From Candidatus Poribacteria bacterium (GTDB lineage Bacteria; Poribacteria; WGA-4E; WGA-3G), in assembly GCA_963422705.1 (NCBI GenBank), contig OY730443.1, forward strand, positions 3,169,394 to 3,233,393: a stretch of 64,000 nt of DNA. The letters run 5' to 3'. The position numbers and the translations under genes were made by a program. Position 1 is the stretch's first letter. Every line of letters starts with the position of its first letter. This document shows, piece after piece, positions 61,214-64,000 of the stretch. Below the pieces are notes generated by a model. The model was not told the DNA's origin and made no database searches. It worked only from the letters and a program-made list of their open reading frames with translations.

Positions 61214-64000
61214 GTGAATCATAGAGAAGGGTACGCGGAATTACAGTCCAAAATTTTAGATGCGCGCCGTGTTTGGAAACGGAGTCTTTTCTGGACGGGT
61301 GCTGCCATCGTTTTAACAGGGATATTGGCAATAGTAGTGGGTGAATCAATCGTCGATTGGCTGATGCCGCTGTCAAGCCCGGTAAGAATTGCACTGCTTG
61401 GCGTCGTCTTGGTTGCGACAGGCTATCTACTTTATAGATACCTCATTCAACCGTTGCGTGTTTCCCTCACGCTTCGTGATGTTGCTCTGAATATAGAACG
61501 GCAATACCCGAACCTTGAAGATAGATTGGTGAGTGCTATGCAATTTGGCGCTCGCGATACCACGGATGCGATAGAAGCACACATGCTGCAACGGCTGCTT
61601 ACGGATACAACAGAACGAATAAAAGGGATAGATTTTAAAGCGACAATCGACTACAGCCGGACGCGTAAGCACGTCGGGATTGCTTTTTTGTGCTTGATGG
61701 CATGTGGTATTCTTGCCCTGCTTTTTCCGACGGAAATCCATACGAGCCTTCTACGGGTATTCGTACCTTGGGTGAAAACGCATCCAATTTTGATGACGAG
61801 GCTCGCCGTGGCGCCAGGCAATTCCCGCATATTAAGTGGAAAAAGCCTGCCAATTCAGGTTACCGTCACGGGTAAATCTGCGGAAAAGGTTGTCTTAGTT
61901 TATGAAAAAAAAGATGCTGGGGCTTCCGGAGCAAGTGGAGCGGAACAAGAGATTAACCTCGTCCGGACCCCGGAGGATAAACGCGACTTTGGTTATGAAA
62001 TTTTCAACATTACCGCAGATATGGAATACTATGTTAAAGCCAATGAGGCAATATCGGAACGTTACACCGTTGAAGTCTTTGAAATGCCGAGAGTTAGCGA
62101 CGTTTCTGTCGCTTATACTTATCCAGCCTATACTGAGCTCACCCCTGTTGTGCAACAAGGGCTCGGTGATATCCGAGCAGTGGTAGGTACGCAAGCTGAA
62201 ATTAAACTGATAACGAATAAAGCCATCCAAGCTGCAACATTCGTAGTTCACGACACGACACTTACGGAAGAGAAAGAGCTATCTGCACCGGCACCGAAAA
62301 CAATCGAAATGAATATCTTTGACGGTAAGACGCTTACCACAACGTTGGATATTCAGGCGGATGGACGTTATGAGGTAAAACTGCTCTGTATTGATGGTTT
62401 TAATAATGAAATTCCGATTGCATATAGGATTAAAGCGATTCCGGATAATGCCCCGGAAGTTGTCATCAAAGCGCCTGGACGTGATGTGAAAGTGACAAAA
62501 CTTGAAGAAGTGCGCGTCGTTGCCGAAGCAAAAGATGACTATGGGGTTGCGCAGTTATCCTTGATGTATAGCGTCGGCTCTGGGCAGTTGCAGGAATTGC
62601 GGATGGAAACCGCGGATATCGCAGAAAAGAATCTCCGAAAAGGTACTTATACCTTTTACCTTGAAGAGTTTGATGTGGAACCGGGCGAAGTCATATCATA
62701 CTATGCCCAAGCTACTGATAATAACACGCTCACAGGCCCGGGGAAAGCCAGCAGCGATATCTATTTCATTGAGGTACGCCCGTTTAATGAACGGTTTCAA
62801 GAAGCAGAAGGAGAGCCCAGCCCACCTGAACCGAACCCATTTCGAGAAATACTTGCATCCCAGAAACAGATTATTCGTGAAACGTGGCGGCATATCAACG
62901 CGCAATCTTCGGATACTTCAGAAGAATATAGATTTGCTGTTAAGAAAACCGGTGAAAAGCAATCGGAACTGAAGGGAAAAACACAGCGATTAGTAGATGA
63001 AATTAGCATGGCGATGCAGACAGCCGCGGTGGCACCTGAAATTTTGATGAACTTAGAAGAAGCTGTTGGAAAGATGGGTGAAGCAAGCGATAGCCTTGAT
63101 GCCATCCAGCCAGACGCGGCAATGCCACCGGAACAAGATGCACTTGAATTGTTACTCAAAGTGAGCCTTGAAATGCCTAAGGTTTTGACCCGGATGCGTA
63201 ATAACAACCCGCAACTCGCAGAAAATCTTGAGCTCGAATTAGAGGAATTGCAAAGCGAAATTGAGCAAGGGCAAGATGAACTCGAACAGGAAATGCAAGA
63301 GAAGACACAAGCAATGTTAGAGCAGGCAAGCCAGATGTTGGAAGAACAGCAACAGTTGAATCAACAGAACCAACAGTTGGGACGTGAAAATGAACCTTCA
63401 CCTAGCGAAATGCAACAGAATCGCGAGCAACAAGGAGAACTCTCTCAACAAGCTGGTAATATGGCACATCAGCTGAATCAGATGCAACAGAATAGCCACG
63501 GTAGTGGGGGAACGCGTGCCGACAGATATGGGCAAGCCCAGCAGGCGATGCAACAGGCGCAACAACAGATGCGACAAGCAGCAGAAGGGATGCAACAGCA
63601 GCAACCGCAGTTGAGTGCCGCTAAAGGGGAACAAGCCGCTGCACAGCTTGAGGAGGCGATTGAACAGTTGGAGAACGTCTCCGCAGAATTCACTGAGGAT
63701 ACACTGGAAATAGCAACGCAAGAAATGCAGCAGTTGATGGCAGAGCAAGACGACGTTCAGCAGCAGACACAGCAACTCCGAAATCAATCTGAGCATTCTG
63801 AGATGCAAGTGGAAGATTTTCAGCAAGCATCCGAATTGGCAAATCAACAGCGCGGACTTCAGCGAGAACTAGAATCTCTTCAAAGCACACTTCAAACCTT
63901 GCAGGAACAGCTCAGTGAGACGCATCCTGACGCGGCGAGAAACGTTGCAGATGCAACCCGAAGATTCTTAGAGGAAAGCACCGCGCAAGATATGGAAACG
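61214..64000 (+). CDS. Large membrane-anchored Gln-rich coiled-coil protein (DUF4175-like), 3'-truncated by the window end; not in the supplied ORF track
   Basis: GGGAGG RBS 5 nt before GTG 61214. Two N-terminal TM helices. RDVALNIERQYPNLEDRLVSAMQFG segment. The frame is open with no stop to nt 64000 (more than 925 codons). The C-terminal part is Q/E-rich. Confidence 0.6.
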   Translation, partial: MNHREGYAELQSKILDARRVWKRSLFWTGAAIVLTGILAIVVGESIVDWLMPLSSPVRIALLGVVLVATGYLLYRYLIQPLRVSLTLRDVALNIERQYPNLEDRLVSAMQFGARDTTDAIEAHMLQRLLTDTTERIKGIDFKATIDYSRTRKHVGIAFLCLMACGILALLFPTEIHTSLLRVFVPWVKTHPILMTRLAVAPGNSRILSGKSLPIQVTVTGKSAEKVVLVYEKKDAGASGASGAEQEINLVRTPEDKRDFGYEIFNITADMEYYVKANEAISERYTVEVFEMPRVSDVSVAYTYPAYTELTPVVQQGLGDIRAVVGTQAEIKLITNKAIQAATFVVHDTTLTEEKELSAPAPKTIEMNIFDGKTLTTTLDIQADGRYEVKLLCIDGFNNEIPIAYRIKAIPDNAPEVVIKAPGRDVKVTKLEEVRVVAEAKDDYGVAQLSLMYSVGSGQLQELRMETADIAEKNLRKGTYTFYLEEFDVEPGEVISYYAQATDNNTLTGPGKASSDIYFIEVRPFNERFQEAEGEPSPPEPNPFREILASQKQIIRETWRHINAQSSDTSEEYRFAVKKTGEKQSELKGKTQRLVDEISMAMQTAAVAPEILMNLEEAVGKMGEASDSLDAIQPDAAMPPEQDALELLLKVSLEMPKVLTRMRNNNPQLAENLELELEELQSEIEQGQDELEQEMQEKTQAMLEQASQMLEEQQQLNQQNQQLGRENEPSPSEMQQNREQQGELSQQAGNMAHQLNQMQQNSHGSGGTRADRYGQAQQAMQQAQQQMRQAAEGMQQQQPQLSAAKGEQAAAQLEEAIEQLENVSAEFTEDTLEIATQEMQQLMAEQDDVQQQTQQLRNQSEHSEMQVEDFQQASELANQQRGLQRELESLQSTLQTLQEQLSETHPDAARNVADATRRFLEESTAQDMET

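Overview
This is a 64 kb bacterial chromosomal window (GC about 50%) with dense coding on both strands. The lineage cannot be named from sequence alone. Type IX secretion (T9SS)-style C-terminal sorting domains, PorV/PorQ-like barrels and a futalosine-pathway gene suggest an FCB-group or related uncultured lineage. The first 43 kb are mostly housekeeping and cell-envelope genes: gyrA (5' partial), ftsH-folP-acpS, a quinone oxidoreductase, YigZ, a GcvH-like protein, MqnA/D, DinG-like helicase and HtrA. There are also several large secreted proteins: a 2044-aa C25/gingipain-like cysteine peptidase with a T9SS C-terminal domain (CTD) directly followed by a PorV-like barrel; an M6-like and an HExxH metalloprotease; an M14 carboxypeptidase; a beta/gamma-crystallin protein; and a flotillin/SPFH protein carrying four near-identical 264-bp tandem repeats. 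From 43.7 to 60.8 kb lies an accessory, mobilome-rich island. It holds an IS200/IS605-like element whose tnpB is broken by a 53-bp tandem duplication, and an adjacent compact IsrB-like (HNH-less IscB) nuclease gene preceded by a structured non-coding region that is a candidate omegaRNA. Two HEAT-repeat lipoprotein paralogs, an enolase-superfamily enzyme and mnmA follow. Next comes a second IS200/IS605 element (tnpA plus a disrupted tnpB) whose right end carries a 129-bp tandem duplication, then miaA. The island ends with a about 1690-aa Type ISP (LlaGI-like nuclease-helicase-methyltransferase-TRD) restriction-modification gene. That gene carries a 1-nt frameshift and an in-frame array of four 69-bp repeats. 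One copy of the same about 78-nt module also interrupts the second tnpB. A 23-nt hairpin mini-repeat is inserted in-frame into all three OMEGA-type nuclease genes and once in intergenic DNA. A MITE-like deletion derivative of the first IS sits at 26.5 kb. A long 3'-truncated ORF at the window end (61214 onward) is missing from the supplied ORF track. No rRNA, tRNA or CRISPR array was recognised.
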